A stretch of 64,000 bases of DNA, from NCBI GenBank assembly GCA_964035545.1, contig OZ037767.1:20228628-20292627 (forward strand), written 5' to 3'. Every line of letters begins with the position of its first letter. The stretch's first letter is position 1. The position numbers were made by a program, and so were the translations under genes. The notes beneath the pieces are model-generated. The model was not told the origin of the DNA and made no database searches. It worked only from the letters and a program-made list of their open reading frames with translations. Below are positions 22,848-37,800 of this stretch, piece by piece. The DNA comes from Bugula neritina. Lineage: Eukaryota; Animalia; Bryozoa.

Positions 22848-25800
22848 CTACTCATCATCATCTGTGGCAGACTCCGACACGCCCCGACTTTGAGCACTGA
22901 GTATTTCATCAATAGAAGAATTGCTGCTGGCCATTTGTTTACCGTTGCCATTTCTGAGAGGCAAGTTGGCTGGATGATCGGCTACACTCTTGCCACTCAA
23001 GGGATTGCCGTCATGGGTAGCGATCTCCTTCCTCACTTCCTCCAAGGGTATGTAATCACTATTTTCATTGCAGACCGGAGAATTACAACTAGGATAGAGC
23101 TTTCGGTAGTTGACCTTGAGTTTGTGGTGAAGAGAAGCTGGTGGGTTTTCTCCAACATCTAAGCCAGTGCTATGAGCCAATGACGGACCTCTGCTGTTGT
23201 CTCTATCCAGGTCGTCTACGCCAGCAAAACGCACGGTCTCTTTAGCTGACTTGTGAAAAGTTGCAGAAGTAGATGCTCGTACGCTGCCACCTGGTGCCAG
23301 ATGTGCGGCAATGATCTCCGACTTGCTGTTTGGGAGCGACTTCTCACCATTTCTGCTGCTAAAATCACCCACTTCCTCAGCTTTAGCATCTGCTATCGCC
23401 TTGATCGGCAATTCAATGCTATCCAACATGGCGTCCACTTCGCTTTCATATTCAAATCTTACACTTCGGCTAATCAGTTCATCATCACAGCTACGCTGTT
23501 TAGATAACCTACAATTTCAAGCATACAGAATAGTAACTGACAGCTACTTAAAACTTATACTGCAAAGTACAAGTACACACATCAAGTGCAGTTACTAAAA
23601 GTTAAACATTCAAATAATCCGTGTTGATAGTACTCAATAAATATAGGTTAAAAGAGGAAGTAGTAGACAGGAAGTAGTATACAAGAAGTAGTAGACAGGA
23701 AGTAGTACACAGGAAGTAGTATACAGGAAGTAGTATACAAGAAGTAGTAGACAGGAAGTAGTATACAGGAAGCAGTAGACAGGAAGTAGTAGACAGGAAG
23801 CAGCAGACAGGAAGTACCTGGCTCTTGGAGCTGAACAGGGATTCTTCAGTGACACACAACGTCTGTGGAAGCAACTAGTAGAGGGCTCACGTTGAGAAGG
23901 AATGCCATTTGATAGATACAGCACTATGTGACCACAGTTGGTGCATAGTGATCTACTGGAATGGTGCTTATTCTCTGCGGCCTCTTCTCCACTTCCTCCT
24001 AACCAATCACAGACATGCATTCTTTTATGAAGTTCCCTAGCACTTTGAGCATGTCTATATATACATAGGATATACCCATGCCATTGTTAACCATATGCTT
24101 AATGCCAATATTATACAGTAACAAACTACCATTAAATGTTTATATATATATATTATACCACATGATTGTTATTTTAAATGATGAAAATAAGCACATGCAT
24201 ATTGTTTATTTATTTAAAAATGTTTATATTACTTTATAGCATGACTATGAAGTTCTTGTACCTTTTGCATGTGTGGCTATATTATATAGTTGGGTAGCAA
24301 ATCAAGGGTAAATAGGCTTATATCACATACTGTATGCTTATACTGCATACTGTATGCCTATCTTACATACTGCATGCATATATTACATAACTGTAAGCTT
24401 GTATTACATAACTGTAAGCTTATATTACATACTGTAAGCTTATATTACATACTGTATGCTTATATAATATACTGTATGCATATATTACATACTGTATACT
24501 TATATAGTTATATTACACGGTGTATGCTTATATTACATGTTGTATGCTCACATTACATACTGTATGCTTATACTACATACTATATGCTTATATTACGAAC
24601 CCAAGTGATTCAAACAGCTGTGAGAGAAACACGACTCCTCGCTGGAAATCTCCCACATGCGCTGTGATAAGGAACAACTCAGCTCCAAGTCAGTCTGGCA
24701 GCCAACAGCTCTGTAAGTAAAACTTCATGATATTCGGCTTTGACTTTAAACAAAGCATTTCATTGGACAAGATGTTTCGATTAGAACTGTGTATGACAAC
24801 ATAACATATTCTATAATTCAAGACATATTCCTATAAGGGACTGCCAAGTATACAATAAATCTGCCCAATAATCACAGTTTGAGAATAGAAAAGCGAAAGA
24901 ATAAAAATGTGCTTAATAAGCTTTAGGAGGAGAGGGAGGCTTTTTATAGTATATATGAATCAATACACTTTTCAATCAATACAATATACCATAACATAAC
25001 ACCTTGATTACAAGAAAATATAGTTTGGTTAGAAGTATAACCCAGTTATATGTAATCTCATGTAAAACTGGCTATGATTACAGAATGACGTTTACTGTTA
25101 AATTAGTTGATTGTTAGAAGTTGAGATGCACACACACACTCACCAACACACTGAGTAAAGGAAGGTTTTCAACTTATTACATATTAACTAGTCATACTAT
25201 ACCTGGTAAAAAGTTTACCTGGTAAAAAGTTTACCTGGTAGCCTTAGGTTTACAGTAGTGCGATGTCTTGCCATTGCGGGGCTGCTTGTTAGCCCTCACA
25301 ATAGTCTCACCAAAAGATGCGAGAGTTCCAGCATCGTCTGTCTTAGTGCAGCTGTGTTTAGACTCTGTCGTCATCATCGTGTACCTTAGAAGTACATGGA
25401 GTGATTAAATGAAGTAAAACTTCACACAGTAGAACTTTATGAAACTAGGAGGGAGAGGCTGGAGTAGAGGAAAACGTATTTAAAGCAACAACTTAGCAGG
25501 ATGAGAAACAATTGAGATAGAAAGCGTCAGTTAACTAAAAACAGGTAACACAGTTTCTCTTATAAAAGAAAAAGGAGAGACTGATAACAGAGCCAAACAG
25601 AGCTAAATAAGTTGAATGTAAGTTCTTTGGTGAAAATGAAGCATAGTAAAATATCATGTGTCCGTGAATGAAATTTGAAGCGAAAATTTATAAAAATGCA
25701 TAAGACAAATTTTCAACAGAATGGGTTCACTAAAACTCTAATAATCAAAAATAAAATTGAATGAACAAATCAAGGAAAGAGGTGGGGCAGTAGTGTTATG

Positions 25801-28800
25801 TATGAAAAGAACCATGGAATCAAGCCAAGTTTGTCTATTGAGGATAATCGAGGGTTGCTGATTGGCCGGAGGAAGTTGAATTAGTTATGGATTAGCATAG
25901 GTTAACCGTGGTGAACGTCCACTCAATATACCTGCTTGATTTAAACACCGTGAAAGGCATCCGAGAAGATTCTGTCGCAATTTGATCAACTTGTCTATCA
26001 AAATGAGAGAAGATAACTTCTTAGTGTAAGACAACAATGATGATTAAAATTAATAAAACAATTCATTTAAAACATTCCATCTTTTCAACAGTAGCCTACA
26101 TACAATACATAGTTTTCATTACTTACTAAATTGAAACACCTAGCAGTCATACAGAAGATATTACAGAGGTTCTGTGGTACAGACACAAAGCATAAGTGTC
26201 AGAAAGACACGGCGAGGAAAATGAAACATTTCGATTATAAATAGCATATAATAATAATCAAGCATAAGAAATGACATGTAGAAAGGGGAGGGGCAGCATT
26301 TCAATAAATACAAATACTAGACAGAAGTTGTTAGACTATAGTGAGTACTGTGGTTACGTGAGAAGTGGTTAGAAGTATAGTTAGATACAGTGGTAAACAA
26401 CTTTTAGGGGTTTGATGACTTACAACCCAATTATAGCTGGAAATGTTAATGCAATGCTCCCTGCGTATCTCACGGTCCAGTTCTCGTGAAATTCCATAGG
26501 TCACAAGAAAAAGGCTTGGACCCCATTTTGTGTGTATAAAGCCAAAATGGCCAAATTGAGCAAATCTGTGAGTTAAATCTGGTACTCTAATTTTTCACGA
26601 ATTGAGGTTTTGGGACCCACAGCTTAGTGAGATACGGAGGGGGCACTGTACTTAATCAAATTGATTAAAGGCCGTTACATCCTATCAGAATACCTGTCAG
26701 AAATGAGCTGTGCAAAACTGATAAAAGTAATTAAATATTTTGCTCTTGTTGAAATAAATTTTTAATCTTGAAGAGACAGCACTTCTACTGTAAGTATGTA
26801 TAAACTATTCACTTAAACTGTAAGTATGTATAAACTGGTCACTCACACTGTAAGTATGTATAAACTATTCACTTACACTGTAAGTATGTGTCAACTATTT
26901 GCACTATCTAACACAACAAAATGCACATTGCTTCTACGTAAAGAAACAATCTCAACTCTACTTGAAGCAAAACAAATCAAAGCATTGCGTTTACCTTCGA
27001 GTCTTTGATTTAAGACGCTGAAATACACTCCTGGAATATCAGATATAAAACTCTAAGGCTATACCTACTAATTTCATACAAATAAGTAGGGTAACAGTGA
27101 AATTGCCTGGAGTAACTAGAGAGTGTGCTGACTATATGAAAATAGAGACCTTCTTAAATAGGAGAACATAAGGTGGCTTACAAATAATATGTTCAACTGA
27201 AAAAGTAGTCCAATATTTCAGAATTGATTTGGTGAGGACTTTGTGTACAACCAAGTGTAGGAATTTAAGTTTTTCTTTACACAGGAGAGTACTAGGCACC
27301 AGAAAACGTTTAATGCAAGAATAATATAACTGACTGTAACACAAGAAACAAAAAATCGAAGAATTTTAAAAGTAAAAATTAATGCAATTGCATTAACAGA
27401 CGTTAATTGGTGCACAGAGGCCATCTTAACTCCGAGTAAAATTGTTAAGAAACAAGTGAAAGCTGGTTACCAGTAGAAAAGTTTCAATTGAAATTAGATT
27501 AGCATTGGTTTTTATTACAGAAGAAGAGGTGACTTGAGTTGTTAATTTAATTGCATGTTAAGACAAGCACAAGGCACTAGGAGTTAATGAAAGTAACCAA
27601 TGCCAATGTCATAGATAACTTACGAGTATTTCGAGCTGGGACTCTTATTGGAGTTGAACGTCTTCCCTACGTGACACCGGATTTCCTTAGTCGTAGTAAA
27701 CTCACGCCTGGTGTTCCTCTCCGGGTGCCAAACAATGATGTAAGTCTTGGGCCAGAAGAGGAAAATTAAGGACACGGTAGCGCTGATTGATATACACAAG
27801 GTGAAGGTCAGTATCTGCAAAACATAAGAAAATTTTCATCTTTTACATCATCTTCATGATTACTGACTACAGTTCTATTAGTATTGCCAATCGAAATTGT
27901 AAAATGTTCTGCTGTTTGTTATTTAAAATCAATAATGCAAAAGTTAAATTAACTTTCTTTTTTGTTTAGCATTTTTAGTCAAAGATCAGCTTAAAAAATG
28001 AAAACACTATAATTAGGAGAAACCAGGTTATTATGGTGAATAAACTTTTTCATTTCCTCTTTCCTTTTGGGAAGCCGGTGGTGACCCACCTTAAACTCAG
28101 TAGCAAAGTAGAGCGGAATGAAGGCTATCCATATGACGCACGTGACGTACATACTAAAGCCAATAAACTTTGCTTCATTAAAGTTGGCTGGAACATTCCT
28201 AGCGTTGACAGCATAGAAAGTGCATATAGAGATCAGGAAGAAGACAAATCCGAATGGACCAAGGATACCATAAGTGGAAACTTTGCAACTCAACTCTGCG
28301 GTGTTGAATGTAGGGTAGGTTACCTGAAAATACACTCAAACCGTGTCACATCACAATAACTGTGACAATACTGCTGTTTATAGCTGTAGCATGGCTGCTT
28401 TAGTGCAAGTCATTTAACATTTATGCTCTCATCGATCGGCCTTTCTAAAGTACTTTAATAATAATAAAATTACACGTTTGCAAGAAACAGAGTGCAATAA
28501 GATGTCTAAGCAATACTGTAATAATAAAATTGAAACACTCCAAGTTGGAATCAGTTGCTATAATTTAGTAGTTCCAACTCTGCAGGGCTTTGTGCACACG
28601 ACTATTCTATGAATGCTGCCTCTGCCAACTCACTTCAGCTGCCGCAGGATCCCAAACAAGCATTGAAATGATGATGGCCAATTCAACTGCAATCAGCAGC
28701 ACTGTGATGGAAACCAGTGACCAGGTTTTCATGCAGTGCATCTTCTTTGCCAGAATTTTCTTCTTTCCTCTGGCCAGGATTCTAGCTATCCTGTTGGTTT

Positions 28801-31800
28801 TAGTTAGTACAGCACCATAAATCATAGAGAATGAAAAGCCGGGCAGTATCCTCGTAATGTAGCATGTCACTGTTGTTGGCTTCAGAACAAAGGCTATAGT
28901 TGATCTAAACAACACAATAATTTTATAGTTTAGATAAGAACTTGATCATTATAGTCAAAAGAACTTGCATAGGTATTCCTAAAACTCCTTTAAATTTAGC
29001 TGTTCCAACAACTACGAATAAAAACTGTCGGCAAGAACTGTTGTATAATAAATAACAATAACCGCTTCTGAATCATCCAATCAGATTGGCTAGCCAATCA
29101 TAACAGCAAATAGATAAGGTAGATTATATAAACCAATCATAAGTTTGCTTACAAGTAGGCAAGTAATATTCCGGTTAGGATGAGGTAACTAAGTTCACGA
29201 CTTGAGGCTTTCATGATTGGCGTATCGTTGTGCCTAGCCGCTATGCACAGGGTTCCCACAGCTAAGGTGATGCCGATGACAGCACATGCCACTGGAAGGA
29301 CAAAGTTGACCTCATGCCATTTCAAGTAATCTACTTCTATGAACACGCAGCCTGTAGAACAGCACATTTCACAGGAAATCTCAGTGACATATATACTGAT
29401 GTTACAAGTTGTAAATCTTCTAAGAGATAAATGACCAAACAATGTTGGTACATATCGATAGGTAAATTATAGTTAGTCAATGAATTGAAATAGTGAGATA
29501 AGTAAATGAGTCATAGCCAATTCTCAGTTCCTACTTCAATATATTAGTAAGTGCCAAGAGTTAAATGAACAACCTATATAAAGAATCATTCTAGTAAATT
29601 ACTAAGTAAATAATAACTGTTGAGTTACGATTTAGTACTACTGGTGTCCGGTAAAATAGGTACAGTTAAAAATGGCACAGGTAATAATGGTACAAATGAA
29701 AAAGTAGGTAAAATTGGTACATTTTTAATATTGGGGTTTGGGGTTAAGAGTTTGGAATGGGGGTTTGAGCTTGAGGGTTTGGTTGTAATGGTTGAGGGTG
29801 GGGCTCGAAAGGCTGGGGATTTGCGGTCGAGGGCTTCAAGGGTTGGTGGTTTGGGGCTGGGAAAATTTAACACCAGTGTGCCAATCTTACCTACTTTTCC
29901 ATTTGTGGCAATCTTACCTGTGCCATTTTTAACTGTGCCCCTTTTACCTAAAGTCAGTGCTACTACTTACTAATAACTAGTGATATAGTCATAACTACTA
30001 ACTACCAAATGTACATAAGAGCTATCTACCTGTGAGGTTGGTATTGGGTCGCCAGCCCTGGTCACATTTCTCACATAGTTCACTGGAGTTTAGAAACTCC
30101 TCAGCTTCACACTTCTCGCACCTCCAGCAACAAGTTGACCCATCAGCGAAGATCTTTCAAAGACAAATACAACTATTTGTAAGATCACACAACTTTACTA
30201 AGGATATTTTGGAGTTGGCCTCTCTTTCACAACTGATCAGGTTTGAACTGGGCATTACACTTGAGGCTTCCACAATGCAAGCTGAGACAAGTTAATGTTT
30301 GATACGATTGAAGAACTAAAGCTAAGTGGAAGTAATCTTATAAATAATTACTTGGATATTGCAGTGCAACTGTACTACTAAATGTACTACCAGCTGTACT
30401 ACCATTAGCTGTACCAGCGACTGTCACAGCGACTGCACCACTTTTTTGTGTGCAACAAAAGACTTATTGCCACTTTTGTTACTGACCTTTGCATAGCCTT
30501 TGGTACATTCTTCACTACAGATAGATGTTGGGGGCTGCCCAGTCGTCCCCTTCCACTGAATAGTTGAGTTCTCCATGACGAGAGAACCTCTTTCAAATGC
30601 TGCTACTTGGACATATTCATAAGTTCCGTTAATTTGTTGCTGGAAGTTCATTATTTGGTAACTGCATACAAGAATATAAAATATATTATAATTATTATAA
30701 TGAATGATAAAATTAGAAATATTATATCACAATTAGTATAACAAATTGTATAATATAGTAATATTATATAATTAGTGTAATAAATTATATAATATAGCAA
30801 TACGATATAATTAGTAAAATAAATTATATATTATAACTTCAATTGATTGCTTGCTATGCAATTTCTTTCACAATGTTACAGTGAAGGGTGACTCACTTGT
30901 ACGGAGGGTTTCCATTTTCATCAAAGTATAGCTGTTTATTGCTGAACGTCGTGAAGTTCACTTCCTTTAAGTAAGTGAGATATTGCTCACCGTCAAGTGG
31001 CATCAGAGCTGGACATAACGTCTGCAAAACAAACAGCCGTGAGGTCTTGGCTGTGAAGTTTTGGCTGTGAAGTTTTGGCTGCTCTTATCAGTTTTTATGA
31101 CAAACTAATGAACTAATTTTAGTTCAGCAGCTGCTATTAGAAATACAGAATAATGTAAGTTACAGATTTTTCAAAACAACACATAAAGTACTTACCTCAT
31201 CAGGGCAGTGGTCACGGATCATGTCATGAAGGCCGTGAGCCGCTAGATACAGCGCGTCTGCGACGAAACCGATCTTACCATCAAGGTTAAAGTTGAAGGA
31301 TAGATCTTCTCTGCCTGTATCACATGTCGTAAACACAATATAATTAACTACATAACCAGTGGACAGCTGTAACGTGCACTTATACATGATAAATAACTCC
31401 TGCATCCATAACTAGCCATTATACCAATGCAGCAGTTTGCATTCCTACTGTTTTTTTCTGCAGGTTCTACTCTTTTAAAATGACGACTGCTCTCTTGAAA
31501 AACGCCAACCCTGACTTAGAAAAGACAACTCTTAAGGTTGTGAACCATTTGTTGAGCTCTAGTAGCCTAGTTAGATCAATCACAACGAGAAGCTCACCTG
31601 TGCACAAACGTGATCCTGCGGCAGCACTGAAAGTGCAGTTAAACTTATGCTGCCAGAGCTCGTTGAACCACGGGTTGTTAGAGTTAGTGGAGGGTTTGAG
31701 GGAGAGATAATGGTCCTCAAAGGAGGGGTAGGGGTCGGACTTCAGACTGATGGAGAAGCTGCCTTGAGCTGCGTCTTCAATACCTTCCACAACATCTGAT

Positions 31801-34800
31801 CTGGTGTTCCACCCGTCACTGGAACATATCAAATAGTGTTCACACAAATCTCTTTAATTGTTTGTAGTGTTCACTTCTATAACATTGAAAGTTTGCACCG
31901 AGGACGTTTGTGAGCAGGAGTATGTCAGAATGACACGGAAATGTACATTATATACAAAACCAACAATAAGTAGTTAGAATAAATTTAAAGAAAAACAAAT
32001 AAAAAAAATACTATTAAAAACCTTCCGTGTTATAATAAGACCACGGGTTGTAATATAGTCATATGAACTATATACTATAGATGGGCTAAAAGCATTGTGA
32101 GAGTGTAATATAGCGCATGCTGAGGATAGGTAAGATTGGTGGCAAAACTGCAGCCAAAAATCAGCTTTTACTTCTAAACATTAATTATAGTTACATAAAC
32201 CTCAAAAATAAATGACATCAAAATACAATATCTGCCTGCAGTTTACTATGTCCCACAAAAGAAGACAACTCCGGTTAGAGTCACTAGCAAATGCATTAAT
32301 TACTTTCGCTGAGTAGTTACATTTGATTAAGACTAGAATTACATATTATAATGCAGTTGATTAAAACGGTATGATATAATAATCTTTATTCTGTGATGGC
32401 CATTTTCAGACAACCAACTAGCACAATAATGTGCAACTGGTATAAGGGTTGAATCTTAAAATTTGACCACCATATATTTTTATAATTAGACAGAATTATG
32501 TTTTTTAATTTATTAGTATTGATATTAGCATGCATCAACCGTCCACGGAACTATTTCACCAGAACATATCTCCTCAACGCCCGAACCCCACCCCCCAAGA
32601 CTATTTTCTTTATACACTTTATACCTTCCGACGACAGTGAACTGGTGGTGGAGGTTTTGTTTCCGGAGGGCAGCGATCAACAGCCTCGTGTGTTCACCGT
32701 GACAGAAGCAAACAATGACACTGGCAGCCTTGTTGTCAACAAGCAGTTGGATTGCGTCATCCAGGTCATCGGCAGCGGTCTCCATCATGTACTCTGCCCC
32801 GACACACACCCCTTTCTTGTCAGCCTCGTCCTTGAAATGGTTAATACCTTTCAGTCCGTATGCACCTGTAAATAGAACATATGCAACACTAATATGCAAC
32901 ACTACTATGTAATATCTTGTAATGATGGTGGGCTAGTAACACAGCGCATCATGTATATACATTTTAGGAAATTCCACTTTTCAAATAAAATTGATCCAAA
33001 TTTCAATTAAATCTTTCAACTTCTAGAAAAGAATCAAAACTAAAAACTGAATCCAGATTTGGTCAAACCTTGTAAGATTGCAACAGACTATTTAACAACT
33101 TTTATCTATTTGTACATCTCTTGAAACCCTAGAGGAAGCAACTCCTATTATGAATGTGAGTTTTCACTTTATACTTATGTCCACAGGAAAAACATAATAA
33201 CAACCATCCTCTCTAAAGGTATTCAAGCAGTTAGTTAGTTACATTTACCACCAGAGCAACTCCACATATGAATAAATCAACATTCTACGTTCACTATTAC
33301 AATTTATATACATTTATTTGCTTCAATCAAATTTTTAAGCTAAACATTGTCACAATTTATGCTAATCATGTTTTATTGGCCCTATTTGATATAATAGGTA
33401 ATAATTAACAATTATATTTATAAAAAATTAGCAAGACCTAAAGAATTTTACTTTCACTCATCACACTTGAAAGTAGCTATTATTATACACTGGTCATTGG
33501 CCACAGCAATTAAGGCAATATTGCGAGTTAAAATTAAAAACTGGTAATCTAGTAATTGCCAACACCATTTCTTTTGATTAACTAACGGTCGTTGCTGTGA
33601 CAAAACATGGTTGAGTTGGTAATTTAGATTTGGTCATCAACGGTCATCGTGGTCAGCATTGCCAAAAGAGGCGCTAAGCTCAATACATCAGCTGATTATA
33701 CAAGTGCTGTCATTACCACGCTGTGATGCACACGTAACAACACTTGAGAAATTGAATTAGGTACGATGGCCATTCATTCAACTAACTGCAACCACTTGGA
33801 GTAATTGAGTTGAAAAACAGGGTGTTTGTAACTTTGCCTTTTGGTTGTCAACTAAAATAGTTATAGTTATGCTCTTTCTAAAACTCATTAGCAGCGAATG
33901 CAGAATGCACACAAGCTTTTACCAGAGCACTCCTTATGTATTGGACAAGTATCTTTAAAAGGTCAAGGTTGTTTTATAGACTTTAGCAACCCTACTGTCT
34001 ACTGTATGCAAGCTGAACTTGGTGTGATTCTAGCATCAAATAAAAGATGTCAAATGCATTGAAGGATAAAAGTGGCTACAGTATTTATTGCTTTTTTCAC
34101 TCCTTCCAAAGCAAGAATTACAAATTTTGCATGATGTATATAAGGTGTTTTGGTAGCTATGAGAAGAAATAAACTGAAAACGAAGCTATAGTTGGTGCTG
34201 TTGTTACACTGAGTTGCTCCACAAGTCATCTAACCACTTCTCAAGCTCTAAGGTTGCCCAATAAGTCAACAGTTTGAAGCAGTACCAGAAAGTTACATTA
34301 ATTTAGACTAAAATCTGCAGAAATATCTTGGTTACGACTAAAACAAGACTTTCAAATCGTACACCCAACTAAATTGTTCACTTGTATCTTCCATGAACCC
34401 ACCAACAACCTGATTGCAACATTGAGTTTTGAAAATAGACCATCACAATTTTTTCATTGTTTGATATCTCTCAATATATGTAAGAAAGTACTTTATGCTT
34501 TCAACTTAGCTGTACAAATACTTTTAGGAAATGTTTCAAGAGTTTATATTATCCTATTTATTAATCTGCTTATTAAGCAGGTAAGAATAACATAACCAAA
34601 ATAGCAATAATTATTCATAATGAAATCAACTAAACTCATTAATAGGCGAGATGAAATCATTGAAGGTAAGTGCACACAAACCCTAAAGTGTACTTAGCTC
34701 TGAAGTCTAATCCAAGTTAGCTCTAGAAACTTCATTACTGCACAATACAAATAGTCAGATTTGATTATTTAACATGAGCTGAAAAGAAAAGAATGTAATT

Positions 34801-37800
34801 GGAAAAGGAAATCGTGTGAACAAATGTAAGCTATTAATCAAAAAACCATTTTTATACAAATTATGTTTTACATTTTTCATATTTTTCCTAAAAACATAAC
34901 TAGTACGTAAATTTCATTGGCCGGTTTAGGAGTGTCGATTGAAAAGTAGAAAATTTTATTATTTAAATAATTGAAGATGTATTTACCATCTTCTCTCCCA
35001 AAACACATACTAAAAGTACATTCTAAAATAAATACACCCGACCAACTGCGGTAGTTTTACATGTCTACAGCAATTTCAAACCTTTTTAAATGTGAGGAAA
35101 ATAACTAGAGGCTAAGACTTTTGCCCTCCACACTATCAATAGTAAAACAACCAGAAATAAATGTTAATAGATGCCACACTTTCTTACCTTCAGAGTACAA
35201 AGCCGACACGTATCGCCACCCTGAAGCATAGATAAACTCTACGAGGGCCTTTGCTTGCTCGCTATCTGGAGCAACCACTCTGAGGAAGTAAGGGTACAAC
35301 TTGGTGTCGCTCAGCGTGGTGGACGTCGCGCTGTACCCTATTTCAGGAATCTGGAACTGTGCCAACATGTTCTGGACATCTTCAGTGAGAGAAGAGCTGC
35401 CTGGACCAATCACACCTGTAAGAAGTGGCAGCTACAGCGTATCTACATTATACATCTACACTCTACACCTACACTCTACATTATACATTTACACTATGCA
35501 TTATACATCTACACTCTACATTATACATCTACAATGTACATTAGACATCTACACTCTACATTATACATCTACACTCTACATTATACATCTAAAATGTACA
35601 TTAGACATCTACACTCTACATTATACACCTATAACACTCTACATTATACACCTACACTATACATTATACACCTACACTCTACATTATACACCTACACTCT
35701 ACATTATACATCTACACTCTACATTATACATCTACACTCTACATTATAGTGTTGTAGTTTTCTTTACTAATAGTACAATAGTTCCAACCATTATCATGCT
35801 ATGTATATTATTGTGTTAGATATCTTTATATTAGGTATATGCTGTCTATCAACTATGCTTATTTGCAGCTCATAAAGTTATGAGCCAAGCTTTAAGAAGG
35901 GGGGGGGGATTAATGAGCCTCCCACAGCCAGAGCTATGAAACTCCGGCTATACTCTAGAGTCTAGAGTATAGAGTATAGCAGAACTGACCTGCAATAGGC
36001 TTTGTATAGTTGAGACCATCACATATGAGCTCTTGAGAGCTAAAGAAGGAGCTGCGAATAAATGCCTTAGTCTCTCTTAGAGCTTTAGGGGGGTACCAGC
36101 ACGAGTCCCGTATATCACAGCCAAGTTTCACCTTGGGCAGAAGTGTCTTGTCCTCATTTATCTGCTGGAGTATGAAGAGAAAAGCTTCTATACGCTGGAT
36201 ACCATACTCCTCCCATATAGAGCCACACTCCGCAGGGCCATCCTATAGCAAAGGGAATAGTAACGAGTCAAATATCTTGCTTTTTTACCACTGCCATGTC
36301 ACAACTAAAGCCTAACAATTAGTATTATTGAGTGGAAATATATAATTAGTTTGCATAGGAGCAGCACCAACAAGTTGGAATTTTGTTTTTAATCAAATTT
36401 CAAACTGTCTACAAGGTGTTTTTGTATATCAAGGCTAAATGCTTCATAATTAATCTAATTGTGCTATGTTTCATTATCAACTGTTTTAATTTCTTTTATT
36501 CATAAAAAGTAAAATATTTAAAGTTTAACTGCATGAAAATGCTTGTCTATAACGGAGCAGTAGCTAGTTGATAGAGAGAGTAACTTTGTGGAATTTCTTA
36601 GTAAACTCGTCTCTTTTGAGGGCTAGTAGCTGACCACCCACACTATGGTACTGCAAGCATTTCAGTATCTGTATCTACACAACTACAAACACACTCCAAC
36701 TAAACCATATTGAATGTCATAGAATCAATCTAATAACTCTTCACCACGGCTAATTCTAATCTTCCCCAAACATGTGTCTAGAATATGCATTATTAATCAT
36801 CTTCCAATATTAAATTAATGCACTATTTTTATTCATTATTTGATCACAGACAATCTTTATTTAGAGATTGCTTGGAACACTAAATTCATTGATTCAGGTT
36901 GCGATAATTACTTGAGAATATACTACCTTAGCCAACAATAAACGTACAATATGTAAGTATACCAGCTGTGGTCTAGGGGTTAGAGCGTTCGCCTTGTGAA
37001 CACGAAGTTGTGGGTTGTGGGTTCAAACCCCGACAAAGGCCATTGGTGATGTTAGGAAGATCATCCAGTCATAATTGCTCCTGTGCCTCATTTGAACATG
37101 TCCTTAGCCCGTTCTAACAAAAACCCTTTCTATCAGGGGTTTCTCACAGGGATAGCGACTATAAACTTGCGTGAGTTTTTTTTTATGTAAGTATACCAGT
37201 ACATAATGTAAGTATACCAGTACATAATGTGAGTATACCAGTACATAATGTAAGTATACCAGTACATAATGTAAGTATACCAGTGCATAATGTAAGTATA
37301 CCAGTACATAATGTAAGTATACCAGTGCATAATGTAAGTATACCAGTACATAATGTAAGTATACCAGTGCATAATGTAAGTATACCAGTGCATAATGTAA
37401 GTATACCAGTACATAATGTAAGTATACCAGTACATAATGTAAGTATACCAGTACATAATGTAAGTATACCAGTGCATAATGTAAGTATACCAGTGCATAA
37501 TGTAAGTATACCAGTACATAATGTAAGTATACCAGTACATAATGTAAGTATACCAGTGCATAATGTAAGTATACCAGTACATAATGTAAGTATACCAGTG
37601 CATAATGTAAGTATAACAGTACATAATGTAAGTATACCAGTAGATAATGTAAGTATACCAGTACATAATGTAAATGTTATATACACTACATACACGTTAA
37701 TCAACAGTAGACCATCTATTTGGGGTTATACGTATTGCTGCAAAGGTCTGAAGAAAATCAGCAAACAAAATCTGTCAACTCAACTTTGCATTAAAGCTGC

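Noticed and set aside
22848-23438. Separate single-exon gene (196 aa)
   Set aside because: The frame extends upstream to an acceptor at 23509-23510 in phase with the mGluR tail exons, so it is better read as the last mGluR exon.
32020-32060. Possible Helitron 3' end (CCGTG...CACGG then ATAGT)
   Set aside because: No second copy or 5' end identifiable in the window.
36963-37035. tRNA gene
   Set aside because: A and B boxes are present, but there is no complete cloverleaf and the sequence continues into a SINE body shared with 2436-2641.
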